Counted from the first letter of the whole stretch, positions 1 to 12,454 are shown. The stretch: 63,957 bases of DNA, filler included, from Rhabdomonas costata (GCA_019059605.1; 55 parts of 55 records of this genome joined end to end with filler, not necessarily neighbours in it), one strand, 5' to 3'. Notes: generated by a model from the letters alone, not told the origin. Numbers and translations are program-made.

Positions 1-1066
1 TTTTGTTTTGGGTGCGGTTCGACTTCAACGACAGCCTGAGCGACACCCGCGAAATTTAACCAACGGGGGTAGTCACCGCACCTTCCTGATTCACTCACAC
101 CCACACACACTCTGTACCTGTTGCAGATAGAGAAAGGCAACGGTGATTCTGATGTGTCTTGTTTTGCGCTCTGCCTGAACCCGAATAAAGGTGGTCAGTC
201 CTACTGGTGCACTACTACTCCTAGCACAGTCCTGCTGGTGCACTACTGTCCACTGCTGCGGCGCCTTCACTTTTCTCTCATCCTCCAGATTTTGTCGCAC
301 AACTGCAACGTCATGCAATGATCCACCACAGTCTCCTTCATTTGCATTTGCAACACTTTGCTGGGTGCCGTTACACTACTTTACTGTTGGTTGGACGGTG
401 TGAAAGGATACTGTTTACATGTTGCGATCCGCCGAAAACCAATATTTTCACGAAATGCACAACTGGCTCAAGTTGGAGCAAGTTGGACGCGTTGGGTCTC
501 TACTTTTATCTGCTATTGCAAAAAAAAACAAAAAAAAGGGCGCTACTACCGCACTAGTCAACATCCAACAGTCCGACCGCGTGTCCGCTACATCTTGGTA
601 GAAGCGTCCTGTTCCTGAGCGCTTTCATTCCTATGTTGGGTGAGGAATAAGGGTCCGGACATTGTGCGTGATCGTCTTTTTCAAATGTGCCATAGGACCC
701 ATACCTAATTGAAATAAAGTAAATAGTTCGCCGGGGGTTTGGAAGGAAGGAAATGGGGCATTTTTGTACCTGAAAAGGACTTCCTTGGCGCCGGCGCAAT
801 TTCACATACAAACGGGCAAGCTGACAAACAAACGAAACACGACGCTGAATTGGGATAAGACGGAGGGACAAAGCGGGGGGCACAGGGAAGGAAGCGGTCG
901 AAGGCGGAGGGTCGGGCATAAAAAAAGGGGGCGCGGCGCCGGCAAAAAAGGGGGAGGCCACAAGTCTCGCGCCAAGGCACGGGCAGCGAGAAAACCAAAG
1001 CCCACCACGGCAAGGCACCGGGAGGGCACCACACACAGAAGCAAGAAAGACGATGCAGAAAAACAC

Positions 1067-1166
1067 NNNNNNNNNNNNNNNNNNNNNNNNNNNNNNNNNN
1101 NNNNNNNNNNTTAATTAATTAANNNNNNNNNNNNNNNNNNNNNNNNNNNNNNNNNNNNNNNNNNNN
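1067..1166. other. Artificial contig-joining linker (first of 54 identical copies)
   Basis: 44 N + TTAATTAATTAA (stop codons in all six frames) + 44 N recurs about every 1165 nt. The sequences on either side of each linker are unrelated. Confidence 0.99.
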
Positions 1167-2110
1167 TGCGGAGAGCAAAGAAAGGAAAAAGCAAGGCAGC
1201 CATTTTTTTTGGAGGGTGCATTTGACTACAGAGAGAACAACCTACAATGTTTCATTTTGAACTCGTGCCGTGACCGAGCCGTCTCGGATAACGGAAGAGA
1301 GTCAACGAGCCAATAAGAGGCACACGAACCTTGGCTGACGAGACTTGGACTTCGAGGATTCTTCTGAAAGAACAGGCGGATGAACGTGAGCGATACCCAA
1401 TTATTTAATTGTAATGAAAAGAACATGCATAAAACCACACCGTCAAAGATGTCGTCAGTGACAACAAACGCCACAGCCGCCTAAAATTCAGTCAAATGTG
1501 CCTTAGAGACCCCCCTCCCTGAGTCACGAGTGTTCGCTTTCGATGATGCTGGAACACGCCGCAAAATGCTTCTCACGTTCATTTCATTCGCTTAGTTAGA
1601 GGGGATAAAAACGTCCTCTTTCGGGCAGGTGTGTACTGAATGATCAGTCAAATAATCAATCAAATGAGATCAAACTTTGTTCCATCCACCTAAAGGTGCA
1701 CTAAAAGATCTGAAAGAACACTACAAGATCACACAAATAGGAATAGGCAAGGCCGCAGTTGGCCAAGGCGTCGGTTCACAGCTCTGTTCACAGGTAAGTT
1801 CACGAATGAATTCAAACAACAATATAAGGCACATGAGTACTCTATCAAAGATACATTACTTGGAGACTTCATTGCCCCCCCCCCCAGGGTATATCGACCA
1901 ATATCATGCAACAACGCGAGTGCGATCCCAATATCTAATCCATCGGAGGTGCCGGTCCTCGTCCTGACTTCCTGTGAGGCTTGAAAAATCCATCATATGA
2001 AGGAGATAAAACAACTTCCCGGGTAAACAAGACGTAACATCATTAGAAGGAGAGCAAATGGTTTTTCGTGTGCGTGTGTGGGGGGGTGCCTTGAGTGTGG
2101 CAATATCGAT

Positions 2111-2226
2111 GGGGCCAACTGTAACAATGACAAAGTGTCCTGCGGCGAAGGCGGGGCACACGCGCACACCTCAGTGACGGAGGTGGAGAGGCGGCCGGAC
2201 ACTTTGTCATTGTTACAGTTGGCCCC
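2111..2226. repeat. Perfect 30-bp inverted repeat with 56-nt spacer
   Basis: GGGGCCAACTGTAACAATGACAAAGTGTCC (2111-2140) is the exact reverse complement of 2197-2226. It ends 6 nt from the contig end. Confidence 0.95.
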
Positions 2227-5200
2227 AAAACCNNNNNNNNNNNNNNNNNNNNNNNNNNNNNNNNNNNNNNNNNNNNTTAATTAATTAANNNNNNNNNNNN
2301 NNNNNNNNNNNNNNNNNNNNNNNNNNNNNNNNGTGTTGGGTGTGGTTGGGGGGTGTGGGTCGTCCCTTGCGGTCGTTGGGTTGGGAAGGGGAGCGTAGGA
2401 GCTTTTTGTTGGTTTCAACCGTTAACCTTCCCATGCCTCCTTTTCCGTCCTATGCCTGTGTAGGTCTCGTGGCCTTGTGTTACCGCTTTGCGTTTTAGAA
2501 ACGTAATCATGGGCATGCCCGCACAGACGCTAGCCGCTAGACGTGCTAGTTTGCGTTTTGTGCATTTTGGACACAACTGTCGACCACCAATGTTCAGCAT
2601 TAAGAAAACAACAGGCCCGTTCAATACTAGCGCGATCTTGGGTAACGGAAAAGACGTGTTTTAAGTACTCACTGATTATCCATCACCCCTACCTCTCACA
2701 TAACAGAGGCAATGGGAGGGAGGGGGCATCATTTGCATTCCCCGCATGAGATTCAAACCACAGAAACACAGAAACACTCGTCCCACCACAACGTGCAGAG
2801 CCTAAACGGCGGCAAACACTCGGACTCGCGCCCCCCCCCTCCGCCCGCCTCCATCCCAAATTGTGCGTGCCCAAACATAAGGGCGACCACAGTATCGCTG
2901 CTCGCCCCTATGCTCAAAGAGAGAGAATCCAAAAAGCACCCCTTCAGCGCCAAAGTGGCGCAGTCTCAGCCGTCCCGGGGGAAGGCACCCACCACAGGCT
3001 GCGCCTATCCTCACACAAAGGACAACACTAACCCCCCAACAAAGGTAGCACGCGCGGGTACAGCTCGGGCACTCGGAGGAGAGCCCGTATGTATGCGAGC
3101 TCTGACGTCATTCTTTCTCTTCCCGTGAGCAAAAAGCGCGAAGCGGATGAAGAGAAGCAGCTTGCAAAAACAACGCACCACACCCGGCACACAAAACCAC
3201 AAGAACAAAAGCAACTATACAGCAGAGAAAGCGTCTCTCTGTGTGTGGGGAGGAGGGGGGGGGGTCCCGGAGAGAGGCACCCATGCGTGGGCACTTCATA
3301 CCCTCCCCCCGGCTCCCGGGCGACAACGGCAACCACACATACAAATACACACACAGTTGAGCTCTACAAAGAGTCTTTCTGAACTTGTCCCACCCACACN
3401 NNNNNNNNNNNNNNNNNNNNNNNNNNNNNNNNNNNNNNNNNNNTTAATTAATTAANNNNNNNNNNNNNNNNNNNNNNNNNNNNNNNNNNNNNNNNNNNNG
3501 TGGTTGGGTGTGGATTTTGTGGAGACGTACGGTTGGTAGGGATGTCGCAGAAGTGGGGCGGGGGTGCCACTCGGGAGTGGGGTGGCTCTGGTCGCACCGC
3601 GTCTGGCATTCGCGTCCAATAAAAAATCAATCCCTTGGGGCGGGATTACACTCAGGAAAACAAATGTAACGTCCTCACGGGCAAGCGTAAGCATTCGTTT
3701 GGGGTTTTTATTTCATGGACAGCACCATCCAAGGCAGCCAGCGAAACAGCGAGCAAGACACAGGAAGTTTCGGGAGCTACAGGACATCCTGAGGGGAAAG
3801 AGACAAAGAGAAAGGACAATACGGTCACTTGGCGCGGGTCTTCCGGCTCACGGTGGGGGGATCGAGGTTCGGCCTCACACCTAAGGGGGAGGTGCAGGGC
3901 AACATGCCTAAAACGGTGTAGGAGATGCGGTAGTCGCAGCCGAAGTTGCCCACCATAACCCGCGCCGTGTTGATGCCACAGCGGAACCTGTGTCCCGAAC
4001 CCAATGGAGTCGGAAGACGGGAGACTGGGGTTGGAAGGGAGCTACATCGAAGTCAAATTGCTGAGACAAGGAGCGGGTGCGTACCGACAGTACACCCCAA
4101 CAGCATACGTCCCTCACACACACGCGCGGGTGCCGCATCCGCCTGACTTCTCTGGCAGTCCCCAATGCCGAAAATGTAAGAGTCTCAGTTGAAGCGGTGG
4201 AAGGAAGTGAAGGCTGGAGTTGAGTTGAAGGCGAAGATTGAGCACGCGGAGCCCGACGGCTGGGTACGACTCACATGGCGAGAATGCCCGGCTTTGGGTT
4301 GTCCGCGGCCAGTGCCAGGGTGCCGCAACCAGAAAGCACCTGTTTATCGCACAGTTAAAGCAGCAGACAACGCCCAGACCAATACGGTCGGGAAAAACGG
4401 GAGCTACCGGTTGTTTTGCTTCACCCACGGCTGTAGCTCGAGTAGAATATTGCGGCCGGTGAGCTCTCGTAGTCGGCATTTGGAAGCCATTGGCAATGGC
4501 ACGGAATGCCGCATGAGAGTTTTACCATCCGCTACTGCATTTCCGCTCAATATCCACCACCACAANNNNNNNNNNNNNNNNNNNNNNNNNNNNNNNNNNN
4601 NNNNNNNNNTTAATTAATTAANNNNNNNNNNNNNNNNNNNNNNNNNNNNNNNNNNNNNNNNNNNNGTTTTGTTGTGCAACGATCGGTCGCAGGGCCTCAT
4701 GCCTGCGGTCTAATTTGCATTTGGACGGCGCAATATTGGAAACGAGTTGTACAAAATCTCATCAGAAGTGGTCGTCGTGCCAGGAATAGTGCCATGGCTA
4801 AATACATGTTTTGGCATTAATCGTTATCAGTCACCTCTTACACATGATCTATATTCCCATTTTTGTGATGCCTAAAGCACCACTGTTCTCTGTCGTGTGT
4901 GTTTTTCTCTGCATTTTTCTGAACATTTCACCTCTATACGCCCGTTTTCTCCAGGGATTCAGAAAATTCCAAACGATGTCAGGAAAGCCCCTCCTGCCAA
5001 CGTTTCCTGGGCTGACCAAAAGCAGCGAATACCCCTTCATCCCCCAGGTTTGCAGTCTATTTCGTGCAACGCTTTCTCGCAAGCCGATTGTTGGAAAACG
5101 GCTGCTCTATGTTAAGGGGCGTCTGGTTGCCCTTTTTATTGAAACGGTGATAGAGCATCAGTGTTTAGGAATGAATTGTGGTTACATGCCTACCCTGCAC

Positions 5201-5417
5201 TCTGAGAACATGATCACGTCTGCCTGCATCTATGCTGCGTAAATTTCTTTGTTGGGCTGAAGGAAACTGCTGATCGTTGGTCTAACGATGGGGTGCTCGG
5301 GAAGCTGCAAAAAGATGCTTTCACCTGAAGCGATATCATGTGAAATACCCAAGGGAGGAGCACCTTTCCGAAGAACGGGAGCGGGTCGTCGGTCTATCGT
5401 GGCCTCCTGTTGTGCAG

Positions 5418-5653
5418 TTGGGTATGCCTGGCGCACGCTGCGTCCCACCCCGCCGTTCTTGCCTGCCCGGATGAGCACTTGCATGGTGGTCTTCCACGGG
5501 AAGCTGATGGTGCTTGGAGGCCTGAGCTCCTCGTGGTCCATTTCCTTGAACGATGTGTGGTTGAGCCCAGATGCGTTGACCTGGACGGAGGTCCGCGCCT
5601 GGCCGAGGTTCAGCCCTCGCTACGCTGCGGGATGTGCGGTGCATGGGGAGCAG
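5418..5653 (+). CDS. Internal exon of a kelch-like beta-propeller repeat protein
   Basis: Bounded by TGCAG| and |GTTTGT. Translation ARMSTCMVVFHGKLMVLGG...NDVWLSPDALTWTEV...FSPRYAAGCAVHGEQ fits the kelch pattern (R..h.hhhhGG...DVW...W). Confidence 0.8.
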
Positions 5654-5918
5654 GTTTGTCACTTCCCTCTTTTCCACCTGGTGACGTTTGGGTCTGGTTC
5701 TGTTTGAAAAAGAGGGAAGTGACAAACTAAANNNNNNNNNNNNNNNNNNNNNNNNNNNNNNNNNNNNNNNNNNNNTTAATTAATTAANNNNNNNNNNNNN
5801 NNNNNNNNNNNNNNNNNNNNNNNNNNNNNNNTGTGTTAGGTGTGATTGGGTTGTTTTTTGATATATTAGATAAATCTAGTATAATTTTTTTGTATTATCT
5901 GTATCATTTATAAAAGTT

Positions 5919-6897
5919 AAACTTTTAACAAACAAATCATTTGTTGATTCAAGTTTAACTTTTATAAATGATACAGATAATACAAAAAAAATTATACTAG
6001 ATTTATCTAATATATCAAAAAATAATACAAGAACTATATCATTCCCTGATGCATCATGTATTTTATTAGGTTTGGACTGTGTCCAAACCGTAATAAATAA
6101 AACAATTGATGATCCATCAAATACAATTACATGTGACAAATTAAGAACAATAACAGGTTCAGTATTAATTGCCGGAGCAGCTGCACCAGCAATTAATCAA
6201 GTATTAATAGCAACAAGTCCAACAAGTGCATCATGGCAAACAATCAGTCATTTGAATCTATCAGATATTGGTACAAATACACATTCACAAATTGATAGTC
6301 ATATATCTACACAAAATATACATACACCGAACCCATTAACTACAAAAGGAGATATTTGGGTCTATGATGGCACAATCAATAATCGTTTACCAATTGGTAA
6401 CGATACTTATATTTTAATGGCAGATAGTACATCTTCAAATGGTATGAGATGGGTATCAACAAATTCATCATTTGTAGCTTCCGCTAATATATTATTACCA
6501 CCAACAACGTCTATTTCAATAGGTTCATCAGCTGCACCAACCATAAATCAAGTATTAATCGCAACAAGTTCGACAAGTGCATCATGGCAAACAATAGATC
6601 ATATAAATCTTTTAAATATTGGAACAAATACACATGCTCAAATTGATACTCATATATCATCAAGTTCCAATGTTCATGGAGTTACTGGTTCAGTTGTTGG
6701 TACGTCTGATACTCAACTTTTAACAAATAAATCATTATCAGATTCAACTTCTTATTTTATTAATGTAACAGACTCAACAAAGAAGGTAATTTTTAATCTT
6801 GCAGGTTTAACAACGGCTACTACTCGTATACTAACAATTCCGGATGCATCTTTGACTTTAGTAGGTCTGGACACAGTCCAGACTTTAACAAACAAAC
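5919..6897 (+). CDS. Partial virus-like virion fibre/structural repeat protein (AT-rich, intronless, foreign to the host genome)
   Basis: The frame is open from about 5919 (KLLTNKSFVDSS...) to the contig end. It has two copies of LLTNKS..DS...FIN.TD.TKK.I..L...TR...PDAS..L.GLD.VQT..NK, two of AAP.INQVLIATS.TSASWQTI.H.NL..IGTNTH.QID.HIS and one LTTKGDIWVYDG..NRLPIG.D..IL.ADST..GMRW module. Codons end strongly in A/T, unlike the other contigs. Confidence 0.7.
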
Positions 6898-9312
6898 NNN
6901 NNNNNNNNNNNNNNNNNNNNNNNNNNNNNNNNNNNNNNNNNTTAATTAATTAANNNNNNNNNNNNNNNNNNNNNNNNNNNNNNNNNNNNNNNNNNNNGTT
7001 TTTTGGGAATGCAGTGGGTTAGGTGACGAGATGAAGGTGCATGTGCCCCAGCGTTAAGGATGTCTTGGGTATGAGTTCGGTTTTCTGGCAGCTTCCGATG
7101 ATGTTACCAGCCTTTATCCTCGGTTTTAGTTGAGGTTAGTCCTCCCGCGACAACCAACCGCGCCGTGTGCCATCTCGAAGGGAAGACCACAAGCATGATC
7201 TGCCGGGTCTCTGAGTCCCAGCATCTGCGTCCCTTTAAGCCTAGGCCCGGGAGTCCAAGTTGACTCTCCCTTGGTTTTGTCGACTCTCAAAGGTTCCTTT
7301 TCGTTTTTTGTTTGACGTTCGTGTAGCTCGCCGCTTATCCCGGGGACCGCTTTGCGTGGACTTTGCAACTTTGCGTGTTTCCATGCTGCTGCTCCATTTG
7401 CCAACCTCATTGCACCCTCCCCAACTTGCACAGATCCTGGTAGACCACGCCGTCCACTCCCAGATCAGCATCAGCGTGCAGTAGCTGCACCGGTGCTACC
7501 CTTGGCAGAAGGAAGGCGGAAAAGGTCTACGAGATGATTTCCGAGTCGCAGCAGGCGGACGATGAGTGGATGTACCAACTGAAGGAGAAAAAGGGGCTGG
7601 GGGCTAGTAACCTAGATGCCCACCCTCGATTAAGATAGTCTGAATCTTCATGGAAGGTGAGTCAAGTCCCAACCATCGAGAGAGGTGTGACACCAAGGTC
7701 ATATCTGTTAACCCACACAAGCACACACGTGGAAGATTCTTCTGGGAGAGTCCTCACAACATTCGTGAATGAAAGCCGATGGTAATCCAACTCTTTGAAT
7801 CCTATGAGAAAGGAAGCATGCAAAAAAAAACACGCCCCCAATACAAAACACCCAACCATAAAGCATAAAGCAGAGCCACTCGAAAGCCGAGCTCTGTCGG
7901 GAGAACGGGAGGGGACGAGAAGGGAGTCCTTGTTCCAGGCACACCTGTGGGGGAGTACGGGTCTCGCACGTAGCCCCTGCGAAACATTATGATATGCCAC
8001 AAAGAAAGCAGTCCCTGCAGCAGTGAAAAAAGAAACTTCTCCAAGTAAACCAACACNNNNNNNNNNNNNNNNNNNNNNNNNNNNNNNNNNNNNNNNNNNN
8101 TTAATTAATTAANNNNNNNNNNNNNNNNNNNNNNNNNNNNNNNNNNNNNNNNNNNNGTGTGGGGGGGAATAAGAAGTTAGCGAAGAGTGCTCTCCGATAA
8201 CTTCTTATTCCCCCTCGAGGCGGACGTTTCGGCGCATAACACCGGCTTGCCCGGTAGCATTGTTTCTGAAGTGTGTGATTGTTTTCGAGTTTCCGCACAC
8301 GCAAGCGCACGAGAAGAAAATAGAAGGCGACTTCTTCAGCGACTTGGGGCCATGAATTATTTCTGAAATACCAATCCATTTTTGTTTCACCCTCATAACG
8401 ATCATTTCAGCATGGCAGTTGTGAACATGAAACTGCCATTAAAGCTAAAAGCATCGCTGTCGTTATCAACGCAGGGAGAAGGCCCATATGACGAGGCGAG
8501 CAGAGTCAAAGTAGGTTAGGGAGATAGCATCTCTGGGCCTCCCTCTGTGGCATTATTATGTGATAAGCATAAAATTCTTAAAATCATTTCCATTCCAGTT
8601 TTTTTGACGGGAACCCCTCAGGAGCTTCGGAGCCCTGCTGGAGGTCCGGAGTTTTCCCCGATGGCGAAGGTCTTCGGCGGTTGCAGTGGGTCGACGGCTT
8701 CGTCACTCGGCGCTGCGAGAACCCCCTGTTCTGCTCCATCCCCGCAGACGTGTCCATGGGTTTGCCATGCGTCCCTTTTTCGATGCGGCAGGTGGACATA
8801 AATACTTGCCCTTCCTAAGCACGAGGTATAACACTTCTCGGGTCCCTCACCAGTTTTGATTGATTTCAGACTTCTTCCACCTTTGACCCAAACCGCACAA
8901 GAGCCAGTTGAGGAGGTATATGTTTTTGAAGACCTTGGTAGTGTTGCTCTTGTAGTTTTGTGGCTGTGGTTGAAGTCTGTACAAGCATAGTTGAAGATCA
9001 CTAGGAAGGCCCTTCTTCTTGTTTTTTTTTTGGGGGGGGGATGTCAATGCAGATAATCAGTATTTGTGATCTAATCGCAAGGCATTTACGCAAAAGGTAT
9101 TCTCCTCATGCCCTCCTCATGTTCATAATGTTTGTGTCACGCCTTGCCAGAACGTTATTTGAAGTCTGCTCTTCCGCTTTAATTCGGTGGTGTTTGTGTC
9201 GCAGTAATCGCGNNNNNNNNNNNNNNNNNNNNNNNNNNNNNNNNNNNNNNNNNNNNTTAATTAATTAANNNNNNNNNNNNNNNNNNNNNNNNNNNNNNNN
9301 NNNNNNNNNNNN

Positions 9313-10198
9313 GGGGGTGTGGGGGAGCTGGGAGCGGGTCCAGACTGGGGAGCCGATGTTCGGGCCTCGCTCCTCGCACGGCGTGGTGGTGTTCAGGGAG
9401 AGGCTGTGGGTGGTGTCCGGGTGCTACTTGAAGGGCTTTACATACCGCGACGACGTATGTGGGGAGCCCGCCAGGCGGGAAGCAGGGGAGGGGAGAAGCG
9501 GGTCTGTAGTTGGAATGGTTTTGTGTTTGGCCAGGGTTCGCTGCTCTTGGCGCTTCTCCACATAATGGTGCTGGGCCCTTCTTTGTTCGAAATATAAAGA
9601 AAGGTCCTCATTAGTTTGTAATGGTCATCACAGTAACCTTCACAGTAACCTTCACTGGTGATGACAACTTTTCCTGTGAATTTTTTCCTGTAAATAGAGT
9701 CCTCAAGGACCCCAGTCGACCGTTGCGGAGGTGCCGTGGACTCGTCTGCCCATTCGTCAGCTAGGTAACCCGTGAGCCCATGGTCGGTCGTCCATCGAAA
9801 CGAAGGTTCGCCATCTGTCTTGTGTGTGTGCATGTGCTGGGAACCAGGTGTGGAGTAGTGCGGACGGGAAGACCTGGGTGATGGAGACCCGCAAGCTCCC
9901 CTTTCCGGGGCGCTCGGACTCCCTATTAGTGGAATTCCAGGGGCAGCTCGTGCTGATGGGGGGACGCAACTACTACGGCCCCCTGGACGAGGCTTGGCGG
10001 TCCCGGACCTCCGGGAAGTGGACCCGGATGCCCCCTGTCCCGGGCCCGATCACGGAGTTCGCCGGGGCCGTGCTAGGGAAAAAGCTGTTCCTCTCCGGAG
10101 GGGTGTACATGGGCCCCCCCGGCACCAACGCGGGGGCCAGCAGCGTGGTGTATACCCTAGGTCCGCAGGGAGGATACAGAGAGAACCCGTGCGGTTGA
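9313..10198 (+). CDS. Kelch-like repeat protein, two exons (<9313-9454 and 9848-about 10198)
   Basis: Removing intron 9455-9847 (GTATGT...AACCAG) joins YRDD|VWSSADGKTW in frame. Three kelch-like blades are visible (PRSSHGVVVFRERLWVVSG; GRSDSLLVEFQGQLVLMGG; GAVLGKKLFLSGG). The 3' end is uncertain. Confidence 0.85.
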
Positions 10199-11183
10199 GG
10201 GGATAGGGGTCCCAAACGGGTCGTGAATATTATTCTTGATGCCACCTGAAAAGTCAGGGGGAAAATGTTACCAACATCACAATTTTGGACTTGCAGGGGG
10301 TATATGGCATTTTCTTTCCAGCGGCGGAAGTTATCGTTGGTGCTTCTTCCAACGTAGCGTTACTCATTCCCACAACAANNNNNNNNNNNNNNNNNNNNNN
10401 NNNNNNNNNNNNNNNNNNNNNNTTAATTAATTAANNNNNNNNNNNNNNNNNNNNNNNNNNNNNNNNNNNNNNNNNNNNTCAGAAACAAGTGACTCGAGAA
10501 AACCGAAATCGTGTCGGAGAAGCTAAATTTGCCCGATGGTGAAACCCTATGGTCTTTTTAAAAATGACATCTCGCAACACGTTGCCCGGGCTTCAAAGTG
10601 CTAAAGGCTTCACTGAGGTCTTTCCCGAATTGACAGACCCGCCCACTTCAAGCGAGATCCAGAGCACTCGTCTCTGGAAACTTGACGGATCTCAGAATAT
10701 AGCTATTGGAAACGTGTTCCAGATCTTGTTGCAATGCATCCACATGATGACTTCAAATCAAGCTGTTGCTTGAAAAACAAAGAGCAGAATGGGAATTTTA
10801 GTCAGATTGCAAACCAGGTTTAACGTCTGAAATGGGTGGAGCTACGACTTCCCAGAAGAGCGTTTTGGCCGATTAAATTCGGTGTGCAATTGACTCCATT
10901 ATACAATGCTCTGCGCTTTCAGTCTCTGTTCTGCAGGATGTTAGTTCCGCTTTCACTTACTTTTCGATCAACATGTACAGCGTTGTAACATCCTGACGTG
11001 CTCGAGCTGTGTACCGCCTTCCCGTGTTTCGTGTCTCCTCCAACTCTGACACTGTTTCAGAGTGGAACTTTCCTTCCTTCATCCTCAAGTTAATCGGTGG
11101 AGCTTCCGGTCACCGAGCAGCCTGTCTTGGACTGATGCCTCTCTTGGCAGCCTCAATTTTTCGGCGGTGTGTCTTGTCGGCAG

Positions 11184-11346
11184 GTGGGGTCGCCGGGCTA
11201 TGGTGCGTCCTCTCCGCGACAGCGGCCAAGGCCCGGGCAAAGGAAGAAATCCCGAACCCGCCGCACCCCAAGGGGGTCCTCGCGGTGGACTCGAATAAGC
11301 CCTTTGCGGAGGGACGGTTCCGCTACGCATTTCGAGGAAAGCTGAC
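11184..11346 (+). CDS. Exon of an alpha-kinase (eEF2K/MHCK family), N-lobe
   Basis: KPFAEGRFRYAFRGKL matches the alpha-kinase PFA.G..R.A...motif. Flanked by GGCAG| and |GTATGG. Confidence 0.7.
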
Positions 11347-12272
11347 GTATGGGTCGCCCTGTTGTTGCCAATTGCGCTGCGGTGACTTACCTAAGGAACC
11401 GCCAATTGGAATCCCTTTCCGTGGGACGGGAAAGGGCGGGAATGGGAAGAGGGTGGAAAAGGAAGCGGCCACTTTGCTGGCACCCCTTTGAAATATCTGA
11501 CCCCTTGTTTGTCAAGGAGCCCACCGGTGGTGGTGTTAGGTTTNNNNNNNNNNNNNNNNNNNNNNNNNNNNNNNNNNNNNNNNNNNNTTAATTAATTAAN
11601 NNNNNNNNNNNNNNNNNNNNNNNNNNNNNNNNNNNNNNNNNNNTTGGAGCGCCATGCCGCTGAGGTGGCGCTATGGGTGGGGGGTGGGCTTGCACACCGA
11701 CGCATGAAATAGAGTTGGCTTCAAGCAGGTTGCTTGGTTTCCTGGGGTTTGATCCTGAGTGAAAGCGGAAGTTTTCTTGATAAAGATAATTTGATATTTG
11801 TGGACACCCGGTTGTTTCCTAGCTAGTGGAGGGTGACCACCTTGAACCAGAGAACGTGCCGGAGTACCTGAGGACGGCCATGTGCACACATGCGGCTTGT
11901 TTGATGCGTCCTCGGTTCGTTGTGGCAGTGGTGTGTGTCTTTGCACGTTAGCTTCGGCACGGAGATGCGCTGCGGGCGCACACTGCGGACTGGGGCCGTG
12001 TCCTCTGCGAAGGCCGTAGCCTGGAGCTGGTGTGTCGTCACGAGGACGTCGTGGTGCAGGAGGGCTGCTGGGCTTCCACAAAAATGGTGACACCCCCACA
12101 CCACCCCCGAACCCCTTTCTTCCTTGTGCTTCGACCGGAATGCCGGCCTGTTATTCTGTTAATCTAATATGTTGCCGCCATGACCGCTGCATACCAAAAC
12201 ATGAACTGCGATTACACAAAACAAAACAGGCCGGGGATTCCGGGGAGGTTTCTCGCCTATCAAAAACATCAG

Positions 12273-12454
12273 GTGGAGTGCGTGCTTCGTGCCCACCCCG
12301 CGGTGTCGGTCTGTGCGGTGGCTCGGCGCCAGCCCACTTCGGAGGGCGGCCCAGGTGGAGAGCTGTGTGGCTTTGTGGAGCTGCGCAGCGGAGGCGAGTC
12401 CTTGACCGGGGCCCAGTTCCGCGAGTACCTCCAGCAGCACAAGCTACCCCAGTG
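12273..12454 (+). CDS. Exon of an AMP-binding (acyl-CoA synthetase/NRPS-type adenylation) enzyme, C-terminal subdomain
   Basis: VECVLRAHPAVSVCAV...GELCGFVEL...FREYLQQHKLPQW matches EIE..L..HP.V..AAV...L.AFV...L...L...LP.Y. Acceptor CATCAG|. Confidence 0.8.

Noticed and set aside
3635-4565. Overlapping ORFs with Cys pairs (CRKC, CPALGC) suggesting a frameshifted gene
   Set aside because: No recognisable domain, splice pattern or codon bias supports a call.
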